From IMG/VR virus record IMGVR_UViG_3300021256_000005: a stretch of 64,000 nucleotides of DNA. One strand, given 5' to 3'. Within the stretch, counting starts at the first letter, position 1. Every line of letters starts with the position of its first letter. This DNA is from a virus. The notes under the pieces were generated by a model that was not told the origin of the DNA, ran no database searches, and worked only from the letters and a program-made list of their open reading frames with translations. Positions 45,621 through 55,817 of the stretch are shown one piece after another. The position numbers and the translations under genes were made by a program.

Positions 45621-47091
45621 AGATATATTAAAAAAAATCAACAAAAACAGAGATGAAATAGAAGCACCTTTTATTTTTTGTCTTTGGAAAGATCCTAATC
45701 TGTACGATGATTATAAATCAATCAATGTACGTGGAGATAAAACAATACAGAGCAAAGATGGACTGTTCTATTTTCAGTTAGGGCGAGGAATGTATAATGA
45801 AGGTTATCGCAACTTTGATAGTATTACGCTTGACTCATATCTGAAAGACAAGCCAAAAATTAGTCAGCAGTTTGAAGAATATGGCGGTTTTGGCGAAGTC
45901 GAGGAAATGACGCAACTTGTTGATGTTGAGAATGTAGACGCTTATTATGACAAACTCGCTAAAATAAACATATTAAGCAACTTGCTTGTAAACTATGCTG
46001 ATACGTTTAATAATCTGGATGATGTTGCAGGAATGACAAGTCAGAATGTGTATGATTTATTTGAGTACACATTAAATAATGTTTCGCTTGCTGTAAATCA
46101 TGATATAAAAGTTCAGAGTCTTGTTTTAGACGATGCCTACATTGAAGAATGTAACAACGGCGAAGCGATGGGATTATCTTATGCAGAAAATTGTCCTAGG
46201 CTATCTAGTAAGACTTTAGGTTTACCACTCGGAGATCTGTATATGTTAGGCGCACATTCTGGTGTTGGTAAAAGTTCTTTCATGTTTGAGAACTTTATTT
46301 TGCCGCTGAATAATCAAGGAATTAAAGTTGCGATTGTTTCTAACGAGATGCAGTTAAAAGCGTATCAGAATTTAATATTAGTACATATTCTGACGCATGA
46401 GTTAAACTATTGGAAGTTGACGAGAAAACACTTGAAAGTCGGTCACTTTACTGATGAACAGATAGATCTGATTAAACAGGCGCAAAAAATTTCAGAAGAT
46501 AAATATTCTAATATAAGGTTTGTAAAGATTTTTGATACAGACACGAACAAGCTGCTCAAAATTATTAAGAAACTTGCTAAAGTTGGTTATCAATGTATTT
46601 GCTATGACACAATGAAAGCAGACGACTCAACAGCAGATAATATGTGGCAACGGTTAATGATTGATAGCAGGAGAATTTTTCAGCTTGCAAGCAAAGAGAA
46701 TATAAGTATTGTTGTTACTTATCAGTTAGCGTTATACACAGAGAATCAGCGATATTTAAGTGCATCTTGTTTGTCGAATAGTAAGCAGATTAAGGAAGTT
46801 TTTTCTGAGATGGTTTATATGCGTAACATTTGGCACGATGAATTTCCGAAGGAGCAATATGATATTAAGCCGTATACGCTAGAAAAGAAAACAGATGGCA
46901 GTGGATGGTATCGTAACTACAATAGTATTAAGCTAGATAAAAACAAGAAATATATCATTGCTTTTTTGGATAAAACAAGAAATGATGAAAATAATATTCA
47001 GATTCTTTACGAATGGAATGCTCGGTTTAATTATTGGAAGGAGATTGGTTATTGCACTGTAGTAAATGAACACAGAGGGATTACTAGATGA
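45610..47091 (+). CDS. DnaB-like replicative helicase
   Basis: RecA-type Walker A LGAHSGVGKSSF in the C-terminal half. The size and N-terminal domain are typical of DnaB-family proteins. Confidence 0.7.
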   Translation: MEVKDILKKINKNRDEIEAPFIFCLWKDPNLYDDYKSINVRGDKTIQSKDGLFYFQLGRGMYNEGYRNFDSITLDSYLKDKPKISQQFEEYGGFGEVEEMTQLVDVENVDAYYDKLAKINILSNLLVNYADTFNNLDDVAGMTSQNVYDLFEYTLNNVSLAVNHDIKVQSLVLDDAYIEECNNGEAMGLSYAENCPRLSSKTLGLPLGDLYMLGAHSGVGKSSFMFENFILPLNNQGIKVAIVSNEMQLKAYQNLILVHILTHELNYWKLTRKHLKVGHFTDEQIDLIKQAQKISEDKYSNIRFVKIFDTDTNKLLKIIKKLAKVGYQCICYDTMKADDSTADNMWQRLMIDSRRIFQLASKENISIVVTYQLALYTENQRYLSASCLSNSKQIKEVFSEMVYMRNIWHDEFPKEQYDIKPYTLEKKTDGSGWYRNYNSIKLDKNKKYIIAFLDKTRNDENNIQILYEWNARFNYWKEIGYCTVVNEHRGITR

Positions 47092-48104
47092 ACGCAGAGA
47101 TTCTGCGGAATGAGTTAATTTGTAATCAAGAAGCAGTTGAAGATATTCTGACGGCACTTGGATTTGAACATATTAGAGATTGTGGTCATAATTTTCGGTT
47201 TCCAAATATAGATGGTGATAATCCTACGGCGATTAGCTTATGGAAAGATAATTTAGTATATCAAAACTTCACACGGAATAAGCATGGAAACTTGTTTACG
47301 CTCGTTATGGATATATTACAATGTTCATTTCCAACGGCATTAGAATTTTGTGCCAAACATGGTAAGATTCAGCGATCTAAATTAAACCAGAAGCGAGTTA
47401 AACCGTTCCGTGGATTTTATAAAAAATTTCATAAGTCTGCATCCGACACTGTGTTTGATATTAAAACATATGATGAATCGCTCATAGAAGATTATACAGG
47501 ATATTTTAATACGATGTGGTTGAATGATGGTGTGAGTTTCGAGACACAGGAGAAATTCAATATCGGATATTCTATACAAGACAATGCCATTACAATTCCG
47601 ATTTATAATACAGAAGGTCGGCTTGTTGGGTGTAAAGCAAGAACGAATGACTCACGCTGTCCACTCGATCAGCGTTGGTGGGCGATTATTCCGTTCCGTA
47701 AGACACAAGTTGTATACGGATACCATACAAACTACTGTTCGATTATTGAAAAGAATATTTGTGTGATTGGAGAAGCAGAAAAGTTTGTTTGTCAGCTTGA
47801 TTCGATGAACTGTCATGTAGGACTCGCAATTATGGGACACGAACTATCAAAGGTGCAAACGAGATATATCAAAGGCTTACAAACAAAAAAGATTATACTG
47901 GCGTATGATGAAGGAATTTCAGAAGATATATTACGATCCGAAGCAGAGAAATTGAAAATTGATACACCGATGCTGAAAAATCAAGTGGGATATATTTATG
48001 ATAAAGATAATAAATATTTATCACTCGGTAGTAAAGATAGTCCGTCTGATTTAGGGAAGTCTGGATTTTGTGGCTTAATTAAGGAGTGCGTAACATGGAT
48101 ATAA
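47088..48104 (+). CDS. DnaG-like primase (Toprim domain)
   Basis: Toprim Glu in VIGEAEKF and an acidic DxD-like ILAYDEG. Start/stop-coupled to the helicase gene. Confidence 0.55.
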   Translation: MNAEILRNELICNQEAVEDILTALGFEHIRDCGHNFRFPNIDGDNPTAISLWKDNLVYQNFTRNKHGNLFTLVMDILQCSFPTALEFCAKHGKIQRSKLNQKRVKPFRGFYKKFHKSASDTVFDIKTYDESLIEDYTGYFNTMWLNDGVSFETQEKFNIGYSIQDNAITIPIYNTEGRLVGCKARTNDSRCPLDQRWWAIIPFRKTQVVYGYHTNYCSIIEKNICVIGEAEKFVCQLDSMNCHVGLAIMGHELSKVQTRYIKGLQTKKIILAYDEGISEDILRSEAEKLKIDTPMLKNQVGYIYDKDNKYLSLGSKDSPSDLGKSGFCGLIKECVTWI

Positions 48105-48367
48105 ATGTACACGATGAATTAAAAGATACGTACGGGAAGCCTGTAACGGTACAAAAAATCCTTGGAGATACGGTTTTTGTAAAAGGTAAAGATGGAAATG
48201 TTTGCTCATACAAGATGGTGGAACTTTTAAAATTTCAAAAGATGTTTCCAACAATTGAACCACTGCATGTGAATGAAATGATGAATGATCAAACTGTGTT
48301 ATTGATGGTGATAAAAAAGGTAAATGAAATTATCAAATATCTAAACGAAGGACAAGATAATGGCTGA
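48095..48367 (+). CDS. hypothetical protein
   Basis: ATG at 48095 lies 8 nt after aaggag. Confidence 0.5.
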   Translation: MDINVHDELKDTYGKPVTVQKILGDTVFVKGKDGNVCSYKMVELLKFQKMFPTIEPLHVNEMMNDQTVLLMVIKKVNEIIKYLNEGQDNG

Positions 48368-49469
48368 GCGAAAAAAACAAGTAGAATTACAGAAATTATT
48401 TGAACAAGGAATTGAGATATATAGCTTTTCTAAATTAGACACGATCAATCAGTGCTTATATCAGGCTTATTTAACGTATTTAGAGCATAGACGTGGCACT
48501 GATAATATTTATGGCATGATGGGAACTGTTGTCCATGATGCGCTTGAAAATTTAATCCATGATGATATTGCGGAAGATGATATTCTGCCAATTATTCAGA
48601 ACGGATTGAGCGACTGTGAATTGCTCGGTGTAGAGTTTCCGAAAGACAAGAATGGTCAAGAAACAATTAAAAATAATTGGGTGAAAGACATGGTTCATTT
48701 TGCGAAAACATTCCGCAAACCAAACGGCAAATTCGATACTGAGCGATTCTTCTTGTACAAAACAAATAAAAATATTTATGTACAAGGTTATATTGACTTG
48801 ATTTTACACAATGAAGATGGAACAATCTCGATTTTAGACTGGAAAACATCATCGAAGTACAAAGGCAAAGACGTTGATGAACACGGTAGACAGCTTGCTA
48901 TTTATGCACTGGCACTCGAACAGCAAGGATATGAAGTAGCAGACGTTAGTTGGGTATTCTTAAAATATGTTGATGTGACTTATTATGGTTACAAAACTTC
49001 TCGATCAAAGAAGAAAACAGAAATTACCAAAACGATTGAAAGACGTTCACTTGTAAATACTTTAGCACCATGCATTATAGACGAACTACGTGCAAAAAAT
49101 GTTGACGAATTTGATATAATTATGATGATGGAAGAAGCTAGAAAAACAAATACAATTCCAGATATTGTAGCAGATCGTTTTCGTCTGAAGCCATGTGTAT
49201 TGAAATATGAGCTAACCGATAAACGTAAAGATGACGTGATTAAATATATTAACAAAACAGCAAAGTTTTGGGAGTTAAACAAAAATAAAATTGTTCCTGA
49301 TAGCTGTGAACACATCGCAATGACACGTCCTACAAAAACTGGAAAAGAAGTAGATGATTCATTTTTTTGCAGACAATTATGTAACTATAGAGACACTTGT
49401 ATATATTTAAAGAACTATATTGCAGAAACAGAAAAGCAGAAAGATGAAGAAGAAATTTTATTCGGGTGA
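48360..49469 (+). CDS. PD-(D/E)xK exonuclease, Cas4/RecB-like
   Basis: GYIDLIL...ILDWKTS (D...DxK), RQLAIYALAL (QxxxY), and a C-terminal Cys cluster CRQLCNYRDTC with an N-terminal Cys (Fe-S type). Confidence 0.7.
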   Translation: MAERKKQVELQKLFEQGIEIYSFSKLDTINQCLYQAYLTYLEHRRGTDNIYGMMGTVVHDALENLIHDDIAEDDILPIIQNGLSDCELLGVEFPKDKNGQETIKNNWVKDMVHFAKTFRKPNGKFDTERFFLYKTNKNIYVQGYIDLILHNEDGTISILDWKTSSKYKGKDVDEHGRQLAIYALALEQQGYEVADVSWVFLKYVDVTYYGYKTSRSKKKTEITKTIERRSLVNTLAPCIIDELRAKNVDEFDIIMMMEEARKTNTIPDIVADRFRLKPCVLKYELTDKRKDDVIKYINKTAKFWELNKNKIVPDSCEHIAMTRPTKTGKEVDDSFFCRQLCNYRDTCIYLKNYIAETEKQKDEEEILFG

Positions 49470-49475
49470 TCTTGA

Positions 49476-52400
49476 ATGCAAAACTATCATAAACATACGT
49501 ATTGGTCAAACATTTCTACACCAGATAGCTGTGTAAGTTATCAGGCTTATGCAGACAGAGTAAAAGAGTTAGGACATAAAGTTTTATCTTCTGTTGAGCA
49601 TGGATGGCAGGGAAATTACTTTGAAACGTTTGACGTAGCAAAGAAAAACGGATTGAAGTTCGTTTTTGGCTGTGAAGCTTACTGGGTAAAAGATAGATTA
49701 AAAGAATATGACACTGGCAGAGTTGATAAAAATAAGAAGCCGATTACACAGTTAGATGGGAGCAATAAACATATCGTTATATTGGCTCGCAATGAGCGTG
49801 GCAGACGGGCAATCAATAATATGTTGAGCGAAGCTAATATTAGCGGGTATTATTATAAACCCAGAATTGACCGTGAATTGATTTTCCAATTGCCACCAGA
49901 AGATGTGTTTATCACCAGTGCTTGTATTGAGTTTGATGGATATGATGATACTGAGGACATTATAAAGTCACTGCATGATTATTTTGGTAAGAACTTTATG
50001 TTGGAGATTCAGTATTATGATAACGATAAACAAAAGGCGTGGAATCGTAAATTAAAAGAGTGGTCAAAGAAATACAACATTGAAATGATTGTCGGATTAG
50101 ACTCGCATTATATTAAGCCAGAACAGTCAGAACAGCGTGATTATTTTCTGAAATCGTTTATAGCTAATAAGAATTACACTACCGATGATATTCTGGATTA
50201 TCCAGACGATGCTACTGTTGTAGAAAGATTTTTACAGCAAGGGATATTTTCACAAGACGAAATTCAGCGGGCGATGGACAATACGGATGTATGTTTAGAA
50301 TTTGACGATTACGATAATGAGCGTGTGTTTACAACCGATATAAAATTGCCGAACATCTTATATAAAGATAAAACACTCGAAGAAAAGAATGAGATTTTCG
50401 GTCGGCTGATTACAAAGCAGTTCAAGAAATATATGAAAGAAATTGACAGTAGTCGATATGATGAATATTTCAACGCTGTCAAAGACGAGGTAAAAACATG
50501 GACAGATACCAAAATGGTAGACTATCCATTATTAAATTATAGAGTTATCAACGAAGCAAAGAAGATGGGAGGTATGCTTACACTAACAGGGCGTGGTTCA
50601 GCTAGTTCATTTTTTACAAATACGTTACTTGGCTTCTCAACTATTGATCGGCTATCTGCGCCCATTCAGCTATTTCCATCACGCTTTATGTCAACGACAC
50701 GTATTCTGGAAACTCACAGCTTACCAGATATTGATTTTAACTGCGGTAATATACCAGTGTTTGAGAAAGCACAGGAAAAAGTGTTAGGCAAAGATCATGC
50801 CATTGCTATGTGTGCATATGGTACATATAAAAAGAAGTCAGCATTTAAAATGTTTGCCCGTGCAGTTAGTATGGATTTTCAGTTAGCTAATACGATTTCA
50901 GAACAGTTAGGTGCTTATGATAAAGCGGTTTCTCATGCGGATGAAGGTGAAGAAATTAACTTAGCGGACTATGTAGATGAACAGTACATGAAGTATGTTG
51001 AAGAAAGTAAAACATATCAAAACATCGTTGTTTCACGTTCTAAAGCACCGTCAGCATATCTGTTATATGATGGAAACATTAGAGAGGAAATAGGATTATT
51101 CAAATGTAAAAGTAAAACAACCAAAAAAGAATATCTAACCTGCATTATGGATGGTGCTGTTGCTGAGAAGAATAAATTTTTGAAAAATGATTTATTAAAA
51201 GTAGACGTCGTTCCGCTGATTATAAAGATTTTTGAGCGCATTGGAATTAAACCTTTCACAGCAAAAGAATTGGAAAAGATTGTCGAGAACGATTCAGAGG
51301 TCTGGGATTTATATGCAAACGGATATACTATCGGCTTAAATCAGTGTGAAAAACCATCGGCACGTAAAAAACTTATGGCTTATAAACCACATTCAGTTGC
51401 AGAGCTGACAGCGTTTGTAGCCGCCATTAGACCATCGTTCCAGTCAATGTATAAGCAGTTTGAGTCCAGAGAAAGTTTTGATTATGGGATTCCTGCTTTA
51501 GATAAAATTATTCAAACGCCACAAATGCCGTATTCATACTTATTGTATCAGGAAAGCGTTATGAATATTTTATATTATGCGGGATTTCCTATGAGTGAAT
51601 GTTACAGTGCTATTAAAGCTATCGCAAAGAAACATCCAGAAAAAGTCGTTGTGTTAAAGCAGAGATTTATGGATGGATTTAATGATCGGCTGATTAACGA
51701 AGAACATGTTTCCTTAGAATCCGCAAACGAAACTAGTGAGAAAGTTTGGCGTATCGTTGAAGATTCCTGTGGATATGGATTTAACTGTTCTCATGCGTAT
51801 TCCGTTGCGTTGGACAGTCTGTATAATGCTTGGCAAAAAGCGCATTATCCGTATGAGTTTTATGAGTTTGAGTTACAGTATTTTTGCGATAAAGGTAATA
51901 AGGCAAAAGTCGCATTATTGAAAAAAGAAATGACAGAAGCGTTTGGCATTGAAGAAGGTGCATATAAATTTGGTTTAGATAATCGACACTTTTCTTCCGA
52001 TAAAGAGCATCACGTTATTAACCCTGCACTGAAATCAATTAAAGATATGTCGGATGATTGCGCAGAAGCACTATGGGAGTTAGGGCAAAAACAGTACGAT
52101 AACTTTGTTGATTTATGTATAGATGTGCAAAGCGCTGTGAAAAGAAATCAGTTGGATATATTGATTCATTTGAACTATTTTAGTGACTTTGCAAAAAGTC
52201 AAAAGATATTAAAATTTGTAGAAGCGTTTAACAGTTTGTATGGCAAGAAGCAATTCAATAAAGAGAACAATAGTGAAGTGTTTCATAAATATTTTTCTTT
52301 GATTGAACCATTTTTTAGAAAGACTACACCGAAACAATATAGAGAATTTGATTCGATTGGCGCACTGAAAGCAATTTGGGATTTTTTACCGAATACAGAA

Positions 52401-52769
52401 ATATCAGTTAGGGAAAGATTGGAATGCGAATATGAAAAATTAGGATACAATACAATTACAAATCATCATGTCGGAAAACAATATGTTTTTGTACAGGAAT
52501 ATGAATGTAAATATAAAAATCCTAAACTGACGGTTTATCGTATGAAGGATGGAGCTATAGAAGTAATTAAGATTAAAGCGAATAAATATCAAGAGAATCC
52601 GATCAATCAGTATGATGTAATTGAAATGGTAGATGTGAAGGAACAGCCGATATGGGTAAAAGACGGTTGGAAGGACGAAGCATGTACGAAGCCAAACTGG
52701 GTAAGAGATTATTCTCGCACTGAAACATTATTAAATAGTTGGAATTTCATAGGTAAACACGAACGATGA
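49476..52769 (+). CDS. dnaE: DNA polymerase III alpha subunit (DnaE-type, N-terminal PHP domain)
   Basis: 1097 aa. PHP histidines (HKHTYWSN, SSVEHG). Palm motif LPDIDFN. Confidence 0.85.
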   Translation: MQNYHKHTYWSNISTPDSCVSYQAYADRVKELGHKVLSSVEHGWQGNYFETFDVAKKNGLKFVFGCEAYWVKDRLKEYDTGRVDKNKKPITQLDGSNKHIVILARNERGRRAINNMLSEANISGYYYKPRIDRELIFQLPPEDVFITSACIEFDGYDDTEDIIKSLHDYFGKNFMLEIQYYDNDKQKAWNRKLKEWSKKYNIEMIVGLDSHYIKPEQSEQRDYFLKSFIANKNYTTDDILDYPDDATVVERFLQQGIFSQDEIQRAMDNTDVCLEFDDYDNERVFTTDIKLPNILYKDKTLEEKNEIFGRLITKQFKKYMKEIDSSRYDEYFNAVKDEVKTWTDTKMVDYPLLNYRVINEAKKMGGMLTLTGRGSASSFFTNTLLGFSTIDRLSAPIQLFPSRFMSTTRILETHSLPDIDFNCGNIPVFEKAQEKVLGKDHAIAMCAYGTYKKKSAFKMFARAVSMDFQLANTISEQLGAYDKAVSHADEGEEINLADYVDEQYMKYVEESKTYQNIVVSRSKAPSAYLLYDGNIREEIGLFKCKSKTTKKEYLTCIMDGAVAEKNKFLKNDLLKVDVVPLIIKIFERIGIKPFTAKELEKIVENDSEVWDLYANGYTIGLNQCEKPSARKKLMAYKPHSVAELTAFVAAIRPSFQSMYKQFESRESFDYGIPALDKIIQTPQMPYSYLLYQESVMNILYYAGFPMSECYSAIKAIAKKHPEKVVVLKQRFMDGFNDRLINEEHVSLESANETSEKVWRIVEDSCGYGFNCSHAYSVALDSLYNAWQKAHYPYEFYEFELQYFCDKGNKAKVALLKKEMTEAFGIEEGAYKFGLDNRHFSSDKEHHVINPALKSIKDMSDDCAEALWELGQKQYDNFVDLCIDVQSAVKRNQLDILIHLNYFSDFAKSQKILKFVEAFNSLYGKKQFNKENNSEVFHKYFSLIEPFFRKTTPKQYREFDSIGALKAIWDFLPNTEISVRERLECEYEKLGYNTITNHHVGKQYVFVQEYECKYKNPKLTVYRMKDGAIEVIKIKANKYQENPINQYDVIEMVDVKEQPIWVKDGWKDEACTKPNWVRDYSRTETLLNSWNFIGKHER

Positions 52770-53299
52770 TAAGTTATTACAAATATTCCGATAAAGAAAT
52801 CAAAGATATTCTACAGTCTATTGTTGTAGTGGTGGATAGTAGAGAACAGAAGAATAAACACATTCTTGACGTATTTGATAAACATAAAATTAAATATATC
52901 ACAAAAAAGCTTGACGAGGGGGATTATACTTTTTATGTACCACAAAATACAGAGTACGGATTTTTACGTGACCTGTGGTTTGATAGACAGTTAATTTTTG
53001 AAAGAAAAGCAAGTCTGGAAGAACTATCTGGTAACTTTTCTAAAGATCGAAGCAGACTTGAAAAAGAATTTGCCACAATGAAAGCACAAAATAAAATTCT
53101 AATCATTGAAAACAGTCAGTACGGAGATATTGTCAGTGGGAATTATAACACACAATACAGCATAAAAAGTTATCTTGCTACGTTACATACGTTTGCAAGT
53201 CGATATAATTTAGATATAATGTTTATGCCGACACCAGAGCATACAGCACTATATATGTTATATTCCATGCGTTATTATCTAAGAGAGGTATTAAAATGA
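52766..53299 (+). CDS. ERCC4-type (XPF/Mus81-like) structure-specific nuclease
   Basis: VVVDSRE, EGDYTF, FERKASLEELSGN, matching the GDxn-ERKxxxDL signature. Confidence 0.6.
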   Translation: MISYYKYSDKEIKDILQSIVVVVDSREQKNKHILDVFDKHKIKYITKKLDEGDYTFYVPQNTEYGFLRDLWFDRQLIFERKASLEELSGNFSKDRSRLEKEFATMKAQNKILIIENSQYGDIVSGNYNTQYSIKSYLATLHTFASRYNLDIMFMPTPEHTALYMLYSMRYYLREVLK

Positions 53300-54060
53300 A
53301 ATTATACGTCAAAGTAGAAGTTTTTCGAGAGTTGTTAGATCGGTTTGAAACTGATGATATTAAGAAGTATTGTATAGATATGATTGCGGAGATTCCAGAT
53401 TATATTTTTATCATTCCAAGTAGCACTACAGGTAAGTATCATAACGCTACGCAGTGCCAGATGCACGGACAGCTGTTTCATATCTATGCATTTGGACAAA
53501 TCATGAATTATATGCTTGATCTGGAATATAATCAGCATAAGTTTAAGTCACCAATTCAAAGAGATTTATTACGCTGTACACCGATCCTGCATGATGGATG
53601 GAAGTGTGGTGAGACAGAAAGTAAATACACTGTATTTGAACATCCAGTAATTGCAGGTGAGAAAATCCGCACATTGAAAGTTACACATGACATTAATCAG
53701 GATTATAAAAATTATTTAGCTGATCTTTGTGCGTCTCACAGTGGACAGTGGACTACTTCTAAACGGTCAGATATAGTATTACCAAAACCCAAATCAGAAG
53801 CTCAGTATTTAGTACATCTGTGTGATTATTTATCGAGTCGTAATGACATTGATTTGTTACCGACAGACACGTTGTTAAAAGCTTGCAAACAAGTTGAAGA
53901 TGCAATTGCTAGTGATAAATATATTTTTACTTTTGGAAAATATCAAGGCGAAGAATTTGATGACGTATTAAAACAGGACAGTAATTATATTGAGTGGTTA
54001 AAAAATGAATATGATTCGATTGATACTTTAATGGTGAAATTAAAGGCAAACAAATTATAA
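53296..54060 (+). CDS. HD-domain-like protein with a C-terminal DUF3820-like FGKYQG motif
   Basis: GKYHN...ILHDGWK...CASHSG. C-terminus FTFGKYQGEEFDDVLKQDSNYIEWL. Confidence 0.4.
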   Translation: MKLYVKVEVFRELLDRFETDDIKKYCIDMIAEIPDYIFIIPSSTTGKYHNATQCQMHGQLFHIYAFGQIMNYMLDLEYNQHKFKSPIQRDLLRCTPILHDGWKCGETESKYTVFEHPVIAGEKIRTLKVTHDINQDYKNYLADLCASHSGQWTTSKRSDIVLPKPKSEAQYLVHLCDYLSSRNDIDLLPTDTLLKACKQVEDAIASDKYIFTFGKYQGEEFDDVLKQDSNYIEWLKNEYDSIDTLMVKLKANKL

Positions 54061-54077
54061 ATTTATCCGCAAAATAA

Positions 54078-54143
54078 TTGACATAATTTTGTAAAATTGC
54101 TATTATAATACTAGCTTGACAACTGAACTTGTTGGAGTATAAT
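54078..54143 (+). promoter_or_regulatory. two tandem near-consensus promoters
   Basis: TTGACA-17-TATTAT (54078-54106) and TTGACA-16-TATAAT (54116-54143). Confidence 0.6.
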
Positions 54144-54408
54144 AAAAACAAACACATGTTCGATAAAATGAAAGGAGAAGAAAATTTTGATTGAAGATTT
54201 AAAAGACTGGTTGAATCACCATCCAAACGAAACACACGCTGTTTCAATGGACGATAATGGATTAGTAGTTGTGTCTCGATTACCAGAAGACGATATGTTT
54301 GTTATAATCACAAGTTCGGATTATCAAACACAGTATCATCACCTGAGTACGTGTTAAAACTGCTTACGGTATCTCAACAGCTCTCAATAAAAAGTAAAGG
54401 ATGATTAT

Positions 54409-54996
54409 TTGAAGATAACAAAGAAAATAGGAACTCTGGCATTATTGTCGGTACTAACTTTTTCAATGGGAACACCTGCATATGCATCTACGGCGGTTTA
54501 TGTAAATGCAAAAAGCGGATTAAACATTCGTAAAACACCCAATACTAATAAAAAAGCAGTTGACACTGTGACTTTTGGTACAAAGTTAGTTAGAATCAAA
54601 AAAGGAAAAGCGTGGGACACGATTTCATATCATGGAAAAACACGTTATGTGTCGAACAAACACATTTCTACAAGAATGGTAAAACAACCTAATCGTTCTG
54701 TTGTTAAATCCAACGCAAAATATTCCAATAGTTATTTTAAGCGTATGGGAATTATACGATGGAACGGAAAACGTTTCACATGGTATTCTCAGCGTGTTTT
54801 ATCAGGAAGTGGATTAAAAATTCCTGGCAGACACGTAGATGGATGCGGTTATGTATGTGATCGTAATGGTTATATTTGTGCGGCATCATCTGTATTGCGT
54901 AAAGGTGCGATAACATCAACACCTTTTGGAAAGCCTTGTAAAATCTACGACTACAATGCTTCTAATTCAGCAATAGATATATATGTAAACTGGTAA
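54409..54996 (+). CDS. secreted SH3b-domain protein with a 3D/RlpA-like C-terminal domain (cell-wall hydrolase candidate)
   Basis: TTG start after aaagga. Signal peptide ...SMGTPAYAS. SH3b-like GLNIRKTPNT...KAWDTISYHGKTRYV. C-terminus ...TSTPFGKPCKIYDYNASNSAIDIYV. Confidence 0.5.
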   Translation: MKITKKIGTLALLSVLTFSMGTPAYASTAVYVNAKSGLNIRKTPNTNKKAVDTVTFGTKLVRIKKGKAWDTISYHGKTRYVSNKHISTRMVKQPNRSVVKSNAKYSNSYFKRMGIIRWNGKRFTWYSQRVLSGSGLKIPGRHVDGCGYVCDRNGYICAASSVLRKGAITSTPFGKPCKIYDYNASNSAIDIYVNW

Positions 54997-55076
54997 ACAA
55001 AAGATAATTAGATACCGTTTGTATTGGTGGCGTTTATGCGCCACTGGTACATAAAACTAAATCAAAGGAGCAAGAA

Positions 55077-55685
55077 ATGAAAACTGAATTTAACGCCTTT
55101 ATTGATGATTGGCGCAGGGTAAAAAATCATTGTCGAACTACAGACAATAAAGATTTTACGGAAAAAGAACCAACGAATGAGTTTAAGAAAAAACTTCTGA
55201 TGTCTGAACATTCACCGATTCGCCTGTTAGAATTTGATTGGTCTTGGAAACAGATTCCATACTGGGTATCAACAGAATGGAGCAGACATAAACACGAAAA
55301 ATTCATCAGCACTCAGCGAGACGATAGGTTAAAAGATGAAACACCTAGAGGTAAAAAGCCACAAGATGCCCTTGTAAATCACGATGGTTATGCTAATATG
55401 CAACATCTGATTGACGCTTTTCGTAAGCGGTTATGTTATCAAGCTACTAAAGAAGCACGGGAATTAGGAGAAGATTTCAAGCTGACGTTAGGAACATCTC
55501 ATAAAGCAGAAAGTGATGTATTAGTTCCGAACTGTGTTTATCGTGGTGGTTGTCCAGAATTTCATAGTTGCGGTTGGTGGCATAGTTTTGACAACTACTG
55601 TTATGAACATAGCGTTGATATTTGCGATCTGTTTGAACGATATGAAGCTTATAACGCTTATTTTACAAAAACAAAAGGAGAATAA
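55077..55685 (+). CDS. thyX: ThyX-like flavin-dependent thymidylate synthase (divergent)
   Basis: EHSPIRLLEFDWSWKQIPYWVSTEWSRHKHEKF aligns to the ThyX core (H..P.EH..F.F......V..Q..RHR). NMQHLIDAFRKRLCYQATKEAREL aligns to N..SL..F..LR....AQ.EI. Confidence 0.55.
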   Translation: MKTEFNAFIDDWRRVKNHCRTTDNKDFTEKEPTNEFKKKLLMSEHSPIRLLEFDWSWKQIPYWVSTEWSRHKHEKFISTQRDDRLKDETPRGKKPQDALVNHDGYANMQHLIDAFRKRLCYQATKEARELGEDFKLTLGTSHKAESDVLVPNCVYRGGCPEFHSCGWWHSFDNYCYEHSVDICDLFERYEAYNAYFTKTKGE

Positions 55686-55687
55686 AT

Positions 55688-55807
55688 ATGCATCATTATA
55701 TGACAAAATATATTGCCAACAACAAACAGTATGTAACTTCTTGGTTTCAGATTAACGTGTTCGGTAAACCTTTTTGTTTTTCCAAACGTACAGTAGTCGT
55801 AGATTAG
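55688..55807 (+). CDS. small hypothetical protein (39 aa)
   Basis: ATG preceded by aaaaggaga. Below the track cutoff. Confidence 0.3.
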   Translation: MHHYMTKYIANNKQYVTSWFQINVFGKPFCFSKRTVVVD

Positions 55808-55817
55808 GAGAATTTCA

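Noticed and set aside
54186-54357. Short ORFs between the double promoter and the SH3b gene (TTG 54186-54260, 24 aa; ATG 54247-54357, 36 aa)
   Set aside because: They are too short and lie in two different frames. They may be remnants of a frameshifted small gene or a leader peptide, and the evidence is insufficient to annotate them.
55027-55045. Hairpin gtggcg-N6-cgccac after the SH3b gene as a terminator
   Set aside because: No U-tract follows on either strand, so it is left unannotated.
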